A stretch of DNA of 63,750 nucleotides, the filler included, from Choristocarpus tenellus KU-1152 (Eukaryota; Protista; Phaeophyceae), in the NCBI GenBank assembly GCA_964200185.2. It is 11 parts of 11 records of this genome, joined end to end, with 100 filler letters (N's around TTAATTAATTAA, not from the genome) between each part and the next. Parts side by side here need not be neighbours in the genome. Positions count along the whole stretch, not along the records: positions 59,391 to 63,750 come from CAXNAD020014924.1; 10 more parts are not named here. One strand, 5' to 3'. Below are positions 63,650 through 63,750 of this stretch, one piece after another. Position numbers and translations under genes: made by a program. Positions within the stretch are counted from its first letter, which is position 1, and each line of letters opens with the position of its first letter. Below the pieces are notes generated by a model. That model did no database searches. It was not told the origin of the DNA and saw nothing but the letters and a program-made list of their open reading frames with translations.

Positions 63650-63650
63650 A
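63541..63650. repeat. (AAT)n/(AAC)n microsatellite
   Basis: Direct inspection. Confidence 0.95.
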
Positions 63651-63720
63651 CACATCTCATTTTCGATATACTTTGCAGCTCAAGCTTAAAGCTCTACAGT
63701 CCTACGGGATCGAAGCCTGA

Positions 63721-63750
63721 GACCCCAAGTATTCTGGGGGGGGGAGGGGG
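63721..63750. mobile_element. Degenerate MITE family A TIR at window end
   Basis: GACCCCAAGTATTCTG(G)n. Confidence 0.55.

Overview
Eukaryotic DNA, most likely from a brown alga (Phaeophyceae). The evidence is an EsV-1-7-repeat gene, long introns and many short TTAGGG tracts. The window is not one locus. It is 11 separate contigs joined by artificial 100-bp spacers (N44-TTAATTAATTAA-N44), so neighbouring contigs carry no synteny information. Spliced gene fragments I could reconstruct: an IFRD-family exon; four exons of a PKA/PKG-type AGC kinase (DMG in place of DFG); an EsV-1-7-domain protein; two phase-compatible exons of an unrecognised gene; 11 exons (~697 codons) of a cellulose-synthase-like GT2 with non-canonical catalytic motifs; and two GAF-domain exons. 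Three of 20 inferred splice donors are GC. Mobile DNA includes a complete but decayed plant/oomycete-type mariner (CTCCCT TIRs, TA TSD, D40D spacing). The main unexplained structure is a family of three related MITEs (172, 72 and 258 bp). They share bipartite ends (G....AAAGTATCT plus an internal TGTCCATTTGG), two have perfect 4-bp TSDs, they nest in one another, and they occupy 10 of 22 contig ends. A decayed Sola2-like transposase relic in contig 1 is a candidate source. No tRNA, rRNA or CRISPR array was recognised.
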